Of a DNA stretch of 62,906 nt, positions 7,889 through 17,037 are shown in pieces (the first letter of the stretch is position 1; every line of letters begins with the position of its first letter). A program made the translations under genes and the position numbers. Origin of the DNA: a virus (taxonomy: Duplodnaviria > Caudoviricetes). The stretch covers positions 1-62,906 of the IMG/VR virus record IMGVR_UViG_3300020183_000075; one strand, written 5' to 3'. The notes under the pieces were generated by a model. The model was not told where the DNA came from. It did not search any database and saw only the letters and a program-made list of their open reading frames with translations.

Positions 7889-9609
7889 ACAAGTCGGCTA
7901 AAGTTCTTTTTCTTTTCTAGTTGAATCACGTTGTTAAATCGGTCTAGTAGTTGATCAGTCTTATGGCTGATCACGAACACGTTTGTTCGTACTCCAAAAC
8001 TAGACAGGAGTTTCATTAGTTCATCCACTCCACCACTGTCCAAACTGGAATCAAAAACTTCATCCAGAATAAGCAGATTAGTATTGACACTGTTCTTCAA
8101 CTTTGCGATCTCTCGCCATGTCAGAAGCAGTGCCAGATCGATTCTCATTTTCTCGCCTTCGCTAAACGATTCATAACAGAACTCGTCACGATGGCGGCTC
8201 TTGATAACTTCATTAAACTCTTCATCTAGATGGAAGTTAGCATAGAAATCCATGCTGTTCAAGTACTTATTTACGTATTTGTTAATCAAAGGAATATAGT
8301 ATTTCACAATCTTTGCTTTGATTCCGCTGTCCTTGAACAAGGATACCAATTTATCATAAGATCGAAGGGTGTCAAGAGTTTTTTGTTTTTTTTCTAGATG
8401 CTTCTGGTGTTTGGCTAACAGTTCTGTTAGGCGATCTTGATTGTCTTGAATTTTGGCCTGTGTATCTGCAGTCTCTGCAACCGCAATCACTTCTTGATCT
8501 AATCGCTCGTTTAGTTTAATTAGAGATTCTATAGTTTGCTCTTTGGCAGAAGCTTTAATCACCAGATCATTGTACTTATTCTGAACAGACGTAATTTTGT
8601 TCAGATTGTTTTTAGACATGGCAATAGCTTCTTTTATGCGGTCCAGCGAGCGATGCTGTTCTTGGGCCTTTTCAGACTTCTCGGCAATGACTGTCTCTTT
8701 GTGTTCTTTACTGATGGTTTGTCTGCAAGTCGGACAACTGTGGTTCTTTTCGAAGAACTGGATATCCGTTTGTATGCTTTCAATGGCGCTTTCGAGTTTA
8801 AAGAGAACGATCTGTTGCTTCTTGAGTTCCGCATTAATTTGATCTCCTGGTTCCAGTTCTGTTTCCAGTTCTTTCATAGTTTTCTGGAATACTTTAAGTT
8901 CTTTAGATAATGACTTTATTGTTTCTGTATTTTCTTCTAAAGTGCGTTTACGGTCGCTTACACGATCCGCAGTATTTTTTTGGTACGACTCTAGTACTTC
9001 TTTGGTTGCACTAATCTTTTCATTTACCAATAATAGTTCTGAATCTACGGTTTGTAGACTACCTTTGGCTACGCCCATCTTGGTCTTGAGCACACCATTC
9101 ATTTCTGAAAAGATACCAATATCTAAGATATTTTCGATTACTAGACGACGATCTGCAGGAGTCAACTGCATGAAGGGAATAAACGAAGACGAACCCAAAA
9201 CAACAACCTGTGAGAACGTTTTATGGTTCATACCAATAATCTGTTCTTCTAGAATGTTTTGGTAGTCTTTGCTTTTAGCGTCTTCATTTAGAAGTTCATC
9301 GTCTTTGTAGATCTTAAAGATCTTGGGGGCAAGACCACGAACAATCTTGTATTCGGTCTTACCTACAGTAAATTCTAATTCTACAACACAGTTCTTCTTA
9401 TTTACAGAATTAACCAGTTGTGGAATATTCATGTTACGAAACGGTTTTCCAAACAAACCAAACGAAATGGAGTCTAGAAATGCAAACGATTTACCGTTAC
9501 CATTAGATCCACATACTAGAGTGGTAGCACTACCATTCAGATTAATTTCCGTAAATGTATTACCAAACGACCCAAAGTTTTTAAAACGAACTTTCTTGAA
9601 TACGATCAA
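7885..9609 (-). CDS. 46: Recombination endonuclease ATPase subunit (gp46, SbcC/Rad50-like)
   Basis: Walker A GSNGNGKS, coiled coil with CPTC zinc hook, FSEGEKMRIDL signature, LILDEVFD. Confidence 0.97.
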   Translation of the reverse strand: MIVFKKVRFKNFGSFGNTFTEINLNGSATTLVCGSNGNGKSFAFLDSISFGLFGKPFRNMNIPQLVNSVNKKNCVVELEFTVGKTEYKIVRGLAPKIFKIYKDDELLNEDAKSKDYQNILEEQIIGMNHKTFSQVVVLGSSSFIPFMQLTPADRRLVIENILDIGIFSEMNGVLKTKMGVAKGSLQTVDSELLLVNEKISATKEVLESYQKNTADRVSDRKRTLEENTETIKSLSKELKVFQKTMKELETELEPGDQINAELKKQQIVLFKLESAIESIQTDIQFFEKNHSCPTCRQTISKEHKETVIAEKSEKAQEQHRSLDRIKEAIAMSKNNLNKITSVQNKYNDLVIKASAKEQTIESLIKLNERLDQEVIAVAETADTQAKIQDNQDRLTELLAKHQKHLEKKQKTLDTLRSYDKLVSLFKDSGIKAKIVKYYIPLINKYVNKYLNSMDFYANFHLDEEFNEVIKSRHRDEFCYESFSEGEKMRIDLALLLTWREIAKLKNSVNTNLLILDEVFDSSLDSGGVDELMKLLSSFGVRTNVFVISHKTDQLLDRFNNVIQLEKKKNFSRLV

Positions 9610-10643
9610 TCTAAACTCTCCATGTAGATCTCACGAACAATATTTTTTAACTCTTCAGGATTGTCCGCTCCCATACCGTCTATTTCACGATTAATAAGGC
9701 TAAGGGTGTCTTCAGAAATATCTAACTCTGCATCTTCCTTAGTCTTATCACTGAGATCTTCAATAATACTAACATTAGCTGGCTCTACAGCATACAATGA
9801 ATCCAAGAACTGGTCAAATTTAATTTCACTCTTTTTCTCGTAAACTATTACCTTGACGTATGTTCCCTTATATCTGGCCGGATCAAAATCTTGAATCAGA
9901 GTTCCGTTTCTCCATTCAATATTATGAAACATCTTTAGAGGATTGGGAATAAACTGAAGTTCACGAGTTTCGGTGTCTAAAATATGAAATCCTTTAGTCT
10001 CGTTGGTATCAATGCTGGTCATCTGATACTGTGTGCCCAGATAATGCACATTACCTTTAGAACTCTTTTTATGGAAATGACCGGTAAGTACTAGATCAAA
10101 CTTCTCTAGGAACTTATCGCTCATACCATCACCAAAGTTTACTCCCGGCATTACTTCATATCCAGACAGTTCTAAATGACCAACCAAAATAGTAGCTTTG
10201 GTATCTGCAATCTTTTGCATAAATCGATCACGGTTTTCTTCGTTGATCCACGGAACCATAAGAATAGTTGCACCATTAAAGCATACTTCTTGTGTATCTT
10301 CGTACAGATGAAATCTGGTATAACAATCACCCATGATTTCTTTAGGAGAATTTAAACGATTTGTGTTCTTATAAAACACATCGTGATTTCCTAGAATGCA
10401 ATGTAGTTGTACGCCATTCTCATCAAACCATTTAATAAATCGCTTCTTAACATGGTGTAGTGTGTTAAAATTAACAAACTTACGGCGGTCAAACAGATCG
10501 CCCATGTGTATCACTTTGGTGATTCCGTGTTCTTTTAGATAAGGAAAAAACTGTTCTTCAAAGAACTTAAGGAAATGATTAAGAAAGATCGGAGAGTCTC
10601 CACGAGCTCCGAAATGCGTATCACTAATTATTGCAATTTTCAT
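9606..10643 (-). CDS. 47: Recombination endonuclease nuclease subunit (gp47, SbcD/Mre11-like)
   Basis: DTHFG, GDLFDRRK, GNHD, GHLE, GHFH phosphoesterase motifs. Confidence 0.97.
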   Translation of the reverse strand: MKIAIISDTHFGARGDSPIFLNHFLKFFEEQFFPYLKEHGITKVIHMGDLFDRRKFVNFNTLHHVKKRFIKWFDENGVQLHCILGNHDVFYKNTNRLNSPKEIMGDCYTRFHLYEDTQEVCFNGATILMVPWINEENRDRFMQKIADTKATILVGHLELSGYEVMPGVNFGDGMSDKFLEKFDLVLTGHFHKKSSKGNVHYLGTQYQMTSIDTNETKGFHILDTETRELQFIPNPLKMFHNIEWRNGTLIQDFDPARYKGTYVKVIVYEKKSEIKFDQFLDSLYAVEPANVSIIEDLSDKTKEDAELDISEDTLSLINREIDGMGADNPEELKNIVREIYMESLD

Positions 10644-11224
10644 ACTTTCTTGCGACGCTTCTTTCGCTTCTTTGGTTCATATTTTTTAATATCATTTTCA
10701 GATATTTGAAATAAGTCACTTAAAGCTTCGCGTTCGCTATCCTTTTCAAAGTAGTTTTCTTTAAACCACTTATGTAGTGTACCATCATCCATCTCTTCTG
10801 TCAACTTAAATTTAACGTAAGCTTGCTTTTTTTCTCGTTCTATTCGTCTTAAAAAGGCATAGTATATTATTTGAGTAAAATATGAAAATGGATTTTTAGA
10901 TTTACGTGGATTAAAATTGTGAGCATACATCAAACAATTTTCTATCGCATCACCTATCATTTCATCTTTATAAGAATATTTTGTAAAATTAGATTTAGAA
11001 CATAATCGTTCAGCTATCTTTAAAAAACACTCTCCTATAAAGTTTGAAACTGGCGGACGATCATCACCACTTTCTTCTGCTTCTTTAATTTCTTTTTTCC
11101 ATTTTACCATTTCATCTAAAAACTTTTTATTATCAACATAATGTTCATCATTTGTTTTTAATTTTTTAGATCTTTTTATAGGTTCTTCGTTTTTAGATTT
11201 TTTAGACTTTCCACTTGACATCAT
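10640..11224 (-). CDS. 55: Late transcription sigma factor (gp55)
   Basis: HYVDNKKFL, IGECFLKIAERL, MIGDAIENCL, NPFSYFTQIIYYAFLRRIEREKKQ. Confidence 0.97.
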   Translation of the reverse strand: MMSSGKSKKSKNEEPIKRSKKLKTNDEHYVDNKKFLDEMVKWKKEIKEAEESGDDRPPVSNFIGECFLKIAERLCSKSNFTKYSYKDEMIGDAIENCLMYAHNFNPRKSKNPFSYFTQIIYYAFLRRIEREKKQAYVKFKLTEEMDDGTLHKWFKENYFEKDSEREALSDLFQISENDIKKYEPKKRKKRRKKV

Positions 11225-11243
11225 TTAAAATTCCTGTTATAAT
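11215..11243 (+). promoter_or_regulatory. Perfect-consensus sigma70 promoter, antisense to the operon and overlapping the gp55 start/RBS
   Basis: TTGACA (11215-20), 17 nt spacer, TATAAT (11238-43), preceded by TGn, with T-rich upstream sequence. Confidence 0.75.
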
Positions 11244-11272
11244 ATATTGTCTGAGTAAAAAGAAGAATTAAG

Positions 11273-11965
11273 TTATCTGTAATCATCAGAGAAGGGATCA
11301 GGATTCCAATCCGTCCAGCTGTTGCCTAAATTCTTCTTATCTTTCTTATTTCCAGTATACTTACCTGGATTCATACCTTCACCATTACCACTAGTAATTT
11401 CATTTATAATTTCTCCAAACTCTTTACGGTCTAAAATACCTGCTTTTAAGAGTTCAACGATGATATCGGGAGAAAAAACAAGGTTCATAAACACCATTTT
11501 ATCATCAGATTTGCGTTTTGCAAGATCTTTTATATTAGATTCTTCTTCGAAGATCTTGTCGCCCTTTTCGAGCAAATCGCGTATATGTTCATCTAATAGA
11601 TTGAATGGATTGTTGTTGTTTTGTGGTCCTGTTATGCCGTCGAGTGGTATTTTTTTAGCTTTAGGTTTTGGTAAAATATTAGTATCTTGCTTTTGTTTTT
11701 CGACTTCATATAAAGCTGTTACATCACCAGATGCAGTAACAATAGTGTTGATTGCATCTTTTGATATTATTGCAACACGATCATCGGACAGCATCAGCCA
11801 ATCTTTAAGCATAAACAATTCGCGCATTCCACCAAATAAATCTGTTTGAACTGTAGATTTAAAAATCATCGGTCTGTGAATTTTAATAGTATTATCACGA
11901 CCAGCTCTTACACTACCAATTATATCTTCACCCGATTTCAGTTTGATTATTTTGTACTTCTTCAT
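11273..11965 (-). CDS. Conserved T4-like protein between uvsW and gp55 (Sm-like N-terminus)
   Basis: KIIKLKSGEDIIG...P...LKDWL N-terminal pattern and syntenic position. Confidence 0.7.
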   Translation of the reverse strand: MKKYKIIKLKSGEDIIGSVRAGRDNTIKIHRPMIFKSTVQTDLFGGMRELFMLKDWLMLSDDRVAIISKDAINTIVTASGDVTALYEVEKQKQDTNILPKPKAKKIPLDGITGPQNNNNPFNLLDEHIRDLLEKGDKIFEEESNIKDLAKRKSDDKMVFMNLVFSPDIIVELLKAGILDRKEFGEIINEITSGNGEGMNPGKYTGNKKDKKNLGNSWTDWNPDPFSDDYR

Positions 11966-13454
11966 GTTTCTCCTTTGGTAGTTGCACAGATATTAATTTG
12001 TAAGGAAACCCTTCATTAGTATATATTTTTAAACGTTCGTTTAAATGATTAATCCCGTGGTTGACATATTTCTTATAACGTAGATCATCAGCAATGTCAA
12101 TCAATTTCATTTGAACTTTTGATTCGCTTTTTCGTAGCCCTCTACCTATAGACTGTAAAACACGAATCACTGATTTTGATGGCGAAGCAAAAATAATATT
12201 GTGTATGTTTCTAATATTTATGCCTGTTGAACAAGTTCCATATGATGCAATAAGAACGGCATCAGAACCTTTATCCATAACTTTACGAATTTGTTCACGT
12301 TCATCTACTTCCGTAGCACCATGAATAAAATATACAGATTTATTTGAACTTTGTTTTATAAGATCGTGTAATGGTTTGCCTTGTAAATCTACAAAATTAA
12401 AAAGAACTAAAGTATTACCTACCAATTTATTACACAGATCTTTTATAAAAATATTTCTTCTTTTATTTCCTACAACCCAGCGAATTTCATCTACGTACTG
12501 CATTCGTTTAGTGGATTCAATATCTTCTGGTGAGTATTGTAACTGCAAACAATCTATCTTTATACTCGATAATAAATCCTGATCTATAAGTTTTTTTGTT
12601 GTGGTTGTATGGTAGGTGGGACCAAATAACCCTTCAATAACCAATTTATGAGTTTGAGTTCCGTCTAGTGTTCCTGTTGTTCCTATTCTATAGGTTGTTT
12701 TTCTGGCTTTGGTCATTATAGAGTTTAAAGATTTAGCCTTGAACAGATGGCATTCATCACCAAATACGCCAATAAAGTCATCAAAATAATCGTACGGTTG
12801 ATTGTATATGCTCTGCCATGTGGAAATTATAATCCGTTTAGAAGAAGTTTTTTCTTTGCCTGACATCACAGTATGAATATTTCTGTCCGCTTTCCACGAA
12901 TCTTTTTTGGAATATTCTCTGAAATCTGCAGACATCTGAGCAACTAAACTTGTAGTTGGTACTATAATTAAAATTTTTCCACTCGAATGTTTATCTAATA
13001 TCCAACGAGTCAACAAGTACAACATCAAAGACTTACCAGAGCCCGTAGGAGACACCAGGAGGGCTCTGGATCGATCCAAAGCGTGTTGGACGGCTTCCAC
13101 CTGATAATCGTATGGCTTGACTTCTTTACCACCGGCATTTATTATTAATCCGTCTATAAAAGACTTGATTTCTTCTTTAGTTGGTGCAGAATATTCTGCC
13201 AGTGAGCAGTTCCATGTATATCCACGATCTTTTGCAAATTTTACAACCAAATCTAAAAGACCTGCGTATATGGTTTGAGTATACAGATTAAATAGTCGTA
13301 TTTTACCGTCCCATAATCGTTTTTTAAAGGCCGGAGTGTACTGGTAATTAGGTACAGTGAACGTAAAATAACCGTTTAACTCTTTTGCCAGAGAGCGATC
13401 ACATTCTATTTTTAATGAAACAGAATCTGGTTGTGTGATCTGAATATCTACCAA
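11928..13454 (-). CDS. uvsW: UvsW RNA-DNA/DNA helicase (SF2)
   Basis: WDGKIRLF, SPTGSGKS, GDECH, GTTGTLDG, QSIGRGLR. Confidence 0.97.
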   Translation of the reverse strand: MVDIQITQPDSVSLKIECDRSLAKELNGYFTFTVPNYQYTPAFKKRLWDGKIRLFNLYTQTIYAGLLDLVVKFAKDRGYTWNCSLAEYSAPTKEEIKSFIDGLIINAGGKEVKPYDYQVEAVQHALDRSRALLVSPTGSGKSLMLYLLTRWILDKHSSGKILIIVPTTSLVAQMSADFREYSKKDSWKADRNIHTVMSGKEKTSSKRIIISTWQSIYNQPYDYFDDFIGVFGDECHLFKAKSLNSIMTKARKTTYRIGTTGTLDGTQTHKLVIEGLFGPTYHTTTTKKLIDQDLLSSIKIDCLQLQYSPEDIESTKRMQYVDEIRWVVGNKRRNIFIKDLCNKLVGNTLVLFNFVDLQGKPLHDLIKQSSNKSVYFIHGATEVDEREQIRKVMDKGSDAVLIASYGTCSTGINIRNIHNIIFASPSKSVIRVLQSIGRGLRKSESKVQMKLIDIADDLRYKKYVNHGINHLNERLKIYTNEGFPYKLISVQLPKEKHEEVQNNQTEIG

Positions 13455-13889
13455 TTACACTCCTTGAGTAAATTTAATCCAATCAATTATTGAACGTATT
13501 TGCCACTGACGATTATTAATAATTTTAACTACATTTTCTAGGTAATCCACTTTTTCTTGTTGAAATGAAACTTTTTCATCCAACTTGATCCAATCAGAAT
13601 CTGCTTCAATCAGTTCGTCTGCTTCGGTTTTTAGAATATTTAATTCAAATGGTTCCCAAGCCAAAGTGTCTAGTTCTTCTTTGCTCATTCTTCCGGTATA
13701 ATATAACCATTTATTTTTTCGTAGCACAGCCTGTTCGCTTTTTAATTTCTTTAAACGAAGCTTTTCGTCCATATAAAAAGTCAAATACTTGTTATGTAAT
13801 TGTGGAGTATTTGCAGATTCACGATCTAAAGCAGTTTCGTCTATCTTTAGATCTTCTTTAATCATGCTCTTAAGTTCTTCAAAGTTCAT
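13455..13889 (-). CDS. uvsY: UvsY recombination mediator
   Basis: DLKID..LD.ES...PQLHNKYL, WLYYTG, RQWQIRSIIDWIKF..G. Confidence 0.95.
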   Translation of the reverse strand: MNFEELKSMIKEDLKIDETALDRESANTPQLHNKYLTFYMDEKLRLKKLKSEQAVLRKNKWLYYTGRMSKEELDTLAWEPFELNILKTEADELIEADSDWIKLDEKVSFQQEKVDYLENVVKIINNRQWQIRSIIDWIKFTQGV

Positions 13890-13894
13890 AATAT

Positions 13895-13922
13895 ATTATA
13901 CTATATTTTTATCAAAAAACAA
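13895..13922 (-). promoter_or_regulatory. Sigma70-type promoter for uvsY, probably leaderless
   Basis: TTGTTT-16 nt-TATAAT, then 5 nt, then the ATG; no RBS. Confidence 0.55.
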
Positions 13923-13925
13923 ATA

Positions 13926-14441
13926 TTAAATAATGGTTTCAACAGTGTATCCGCTGAATGCAAACTCAGCCAGTGCAAGAGCTTCGGTTGACTCTGGCAA
14001 AGTAGAACTGAAAACAATTCCAGATAAACTTACCGGAAATAAGTGTTTAAATATAACTTTAAATTTTGGTTTGTATGAACTATTTGTTAAAAACAACATA
14101 GCATCTGATGTTGTTTTTCCTAAAGTTGTAGTTGTTCCTTTATACGGTAGAGCAGAGCATGACGAATCTAAATTACCATTTCCTTTCATCCAATTCCATA
14201 TTTCTAACCAATTATTGAGATTTTCATCCACTTTAAAAGATATCTGTAAATTTTCAAATCTAAAGTTTCCAACAGGAATATTTACAGGCAGACCAAACGT
14301 TGTTGGTTGTATATCGGTGCCCATAACAATACCTGGCAAGTTTGCTGCTTGGCAAAAATAAGTTATATTGGGCACACGATCTAAAACAAACTCAAAATAG
14401 TTTGTTAGTAATGGATTATGAGAACCGGTATATCCTGCCAT
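13926..14441 (-). CDS. 3: Tail completion / sheath stabiliser (gp3)
   Basis: FEFVLDRVPNITYFCQAANLPGI, FKVDENLNNWLEIWNW, SDA.L, LFPVSLSG. Confidence 0.92.
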   Translation of the reverse strand: MAGYTGSHNPLLTNYFEFVLDRVPNITYFCQAANLPGIVMGTDIQPTTFGLPVNIPVGNFRFENLQISFKVDENLNNWLEIWNWMKGNGNLDSSCSALPYKGTTTTLGKTTSDAMLFLTNSSYKPKFKVIFKHLFPVSLSGIVFSSTLPESTEALALAEFAFSGYTVETII

Positions 14442-14446
14442 ACAAG

Positions 14447-14454
14447 TATTTATG
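14447..14454 (-). promoter_or_regulatory. T4-type late promoter (CATAAATA) upstream of gp3
   Basis: One mismatch to TATAAATA, just after the gp23 terminator. Confidence 0.6.
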
Positions 14455-14490
14455 AAAACGAAAAGGGCTCCCTTTTTAGGGGGAGCCCTT
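14455..14490 (-). terminator. Rho-independent terminator after gp23
   Basis: Stem AAGGGCTCCC/GGGAGCCCTT followed by TTCGTTTT on the minus strand. Confidence 0.88.
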
Positions 14491-14516
14491 GACGTTAGTT
14501 TTAGTTACGGTTTAGA

Positions 14517-16007
14517 TCAGAGACCGAAACCGGTGTTACCGTGAAGATTGTCTACACGGAAGATACGGTAGTAGACGTTACCACTTGTAGCGCTACCAGC
14601 AGTGAGAAGATCCATGCTCTCCGAGAATGGGTTGGCGACCATGCCGTAGCGGGTCTTGAAACCAATCTTGGGCTGGAAAGTATCTTGACCAACTGCACGT
14701 ACCATTTGTAGAGGAACGTATGGGCAGTAGAAGAGACCAGCATCGTATGGGCTGGCTCCACGATAGCCTACGGTTACGAAGTTTAGACCTAATTGAGCGT
14801 ATGGATCAATGTAGACCTTGAACTTGCCGTTGAGGATACCAGCAAAGGTGTTACCGGTATCATCTACCTCTAATTGAGGTTGTAAGGCTGGGGTAAGGTT
14901 TAGGAAACCACCCATGGCGAGAGCTGAAGCAACGTCTGACGAGCAGACGATGAAGTTACCTTTACCACGACGAGTTTCCTTGGCGATTACGTTAGCTTCG
15001 CGTTCGATTTGGAACATGAGACCACGGAAGCGTTCTGCGCTCCAACGACCGTCTGAGTCGGTGTTGAGGTCGTATACGCCACCGCCACCGGTTGGGAAGC
15101 GATTTATTGCATCAAGATCACTTTGTTGGCAACCAGTCTTAGCAACGCGATAGATGGTGTGAATTAGCTCACGGTTGATTTCGTTGAGAATTTCGGTGCT
15201 AAGAATATTAGCAAGTTCGCTCTCAGCGTCAAGACCGTGAACAGCCTTAAGGTCTTGAGCTAGTTCGGTGGTGTACTCGGCCTTTAGAGCACGGGTCTTG
15301 GCTTCTACAGCAACGCGCTCGATGCTGAATGCCATTTCACCAAATTGACGAGCACCAACACCTAGTTGTTCGCCGGTTGTGGTAAGCATTCCACGGAAAT
15401 CATTAAACGACGCATTAGCTAGACCACGGGCACTGGTGGTGTCTAATGAAGCAGTGTAACCACTACCAACTGGGGCTACGCCACCTGTTGCTGAGAATGC
15501 AGCACCAGCAGCGGTACCACCCGAACCACCAAACTTGGCAAAAGCTTCTTGGAAGAGAGCTTCTTGACCGTTACCAGCAGCTTTAACACCAACTGGACCA
15601 CCGGTTGGGCTACCACCTTGGCTGGTGTAGCGGCTTCGCATGGCAAAGATTAGGCCGGTTGGGGCAGTCATTGGTTGAACGCCAGCTAGATCGTAGGCCA
15701 TGAGGTTAGGCATAGAGCGGCGAACTAGGCTGATAAGGATGGGATCGTAACCAGCGAGGTTACCGGCAGCATTGCCGAGACCAGTGTTTACAGCAGTGTT
15801 GCTTACGTTGAAGCCACCACCCATTTCGTTGCCGTACTCGGTGAGGTATTGCTCACGAAGGGCACGCTCTTGGTTTTCTAGTAGAACTGAAGTAACTTTC
15901 TTACGATATGAGTCACCAATCTCAGGAAGGGCCTCGTGATTTAGTAGAGGATTCCATTTTTCTACGAGAGTGTCGTAGGGTGTATTACGTGAAAAGTCCA
16001 TTGACAT
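14517..16007 (-). CDS. 23: Major capsid protein (gp23)
   Basis: LISLVRRSMPNLMAYDLAGVQPMTAPTGLIFAMRSRY, RALKAEYTTELAQDLKAVHGLDAE, FYCPYVPLQM, FQPKIGFKTRYG. Confidence 0.99.
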   Translation of the reverse strand: MSMDFSRNTPYDTLVEKWNPLLNHEALPEIGDSYRKKVTSVLLENQERALREQYLTEYGNEMGGGFNVSNTAVNTGLGNAAGNLAGYDPILISLVRRSMPNLMAYDLAGVQPMTAPTGLIFAMRSRYTSQGGSPTGGPVGVKAAGNGQEALFQEAFAKFGGSGGTAAGAAFSATGGVAPVGSGYTASLDTTSARGLANASFNDFRGMLTTTGEQLGVGARQFGEMAFSIERVAVEAKTRALKAEYTTELAQDLKAVHGLDAESELANILSTEILNEINRELIHTIYRVAKTGCQQSDLDAINRFPTGGGGVYDLNTDSDGRWSAERFRGLMFQIEREANVIAKETRRGKGNFIVCSSDVASALAMGGFLNLTPALQPQLEVDDTGNTFAGILNGKFKVYIDPYAQLGLNFVTVGYRGASPYDAGLFYCPYVPLQMVRAVGQDTFQPKIGFKTRYGMVANPFSESMDLLTAGSATSGNVYYRIFRVDNLHGNTGFGL

Positions 16008-16043
16008 TTTATGTTTCTCCTTGAAGTTAAATATATTTAGACT

Positions 16044-16979
16044 TTAGAATTTTTTAAGTTGACGAGACAGTGTGTGCATGTATACAGACATAGGATCAGC
16101 ACTGTCTGTTACAGGACCGTTTTCAATACTAGCAGATTCGTTTAGAGTGCCAGCATTGGAAATTTCGTTATGATTAGTTGCAGTTGGAGCTGCTTTAAGA
16201 TAGTTTTCTTTGAGAATTAGAACTTTGCTCTTGAATTCTTCGGCATTACCGAATTCGATGCTCTCAGCTAGAGAAGCAAGACGCTCTGCGTCTACTTGAG
16301 TCATGTCGGCAGTGGCTTCTAAGAAAACTGAACGAGCTTGACCTTTTACAATCTCTTGCTTGAATCCCATATTTTCTTGAAGTTGCTCGTTTAGAGCAGC
16401 TTCTAGTTGTTGGTTTTCGGCAAACAGATCTTCTAGAACGTCGTGCTTGGATTCTGGAACTTCAACGTAGTGACTCTCAAAAAGATTCTTGAGACCACTC
16501 ATAAAACTTTCTGCAATCTCGGTACGAATACCAGATTCTACAGCAAGCTTGTTTTCCTTCATCCATTCTTCTACAACGTAGTTAAGGTACTCATCTAAAC
16601 GAGCAGCAAGACCTTCAACAGCGGTTGAAAGTTCTGTTTGAATGGTTTGTTCACTCTCTTGAATAAGAGCTTCACGGATCTGTGAAACTTTCTCGTTTAG
16701 AGCAGCTTCAAAAACTACAAGAGCTTTGTTCTTGAAGTCTTCGCTTAGATTCTCACCAGAGAAAAGACCTTCTAGTTCTTCAGCAACAACTTTGGGAGTA
16801 CCAAGAGGTGCTGGTGCTTCTACAGGTCCAGCTCCGGGACGAAGCTTGGTCATATTTTCGGATGCATCGTGAACGGGTTGTTCGGTGCCTAGAAATACAC
16901 CCTTGCCTGTTGCGTCTTTGGTGTAGGTTCTAGCATCGATTAATGTCGGATAATTCATTGGTTGTTTTTGTTCTGGCAT
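16044..16979 (-). CDS. 22: Prohead core scaffold (gp22)
   Basis: LSEDFKNKA..VFEAA, LDEYLNYVVEEWMKENKLAVESGIRTEIAESF, LKENY. Confidence 0.95.
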   Translation of the reverse strand: MPEQKQPMNYPTLIDARTYTKDATGKGVFLGTEQPVHDASENMTKLRPGAGPVEAPAPLGTPKVVAEELEGLFSGENLSEDFKNKALVVFEAALNEKVSQIREALIQESEQTIQTELSTAVEGLAARLDEYLNYVVEEWMKENKLAVESGIRTEIAESFMSGLKNLFESHYVEVPESKHDVLEDLFAENQQLEAALNEQLQENMGFKQEIVKGQARSVFLEATADMTQVDAERLASLAESIEFGNAEEFKSKVLILKENYLKAAPTATNHNEISNAGTLNESASIENGPVTDSADPMSVYMHTLSRQLKKF

Positions 16980-17001
16980 ATGTTTCCCCTAATACTGTTA
17001 T

Positions 17002-17009
17002 TATTTATA
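17002..17009 (-). promoter_or_regulatory. T4 late promoter TATAAATA upstream of gp22
   Basis: Exact consensus in the intergenic gap. Confidence 0.8.
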
Positions 17010-17037
17010 AGTTTAATTATTTTAAAAGAAATACGAA

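Noticed and set aside
11322-11849. 175-aa + strand ORF downstream of the antisense promoter
   Set aside because: TTG start, no clear RBS, and Ser/Phe/Ile-rich composition typical of the antisense shadow of the real minus-strand gene.
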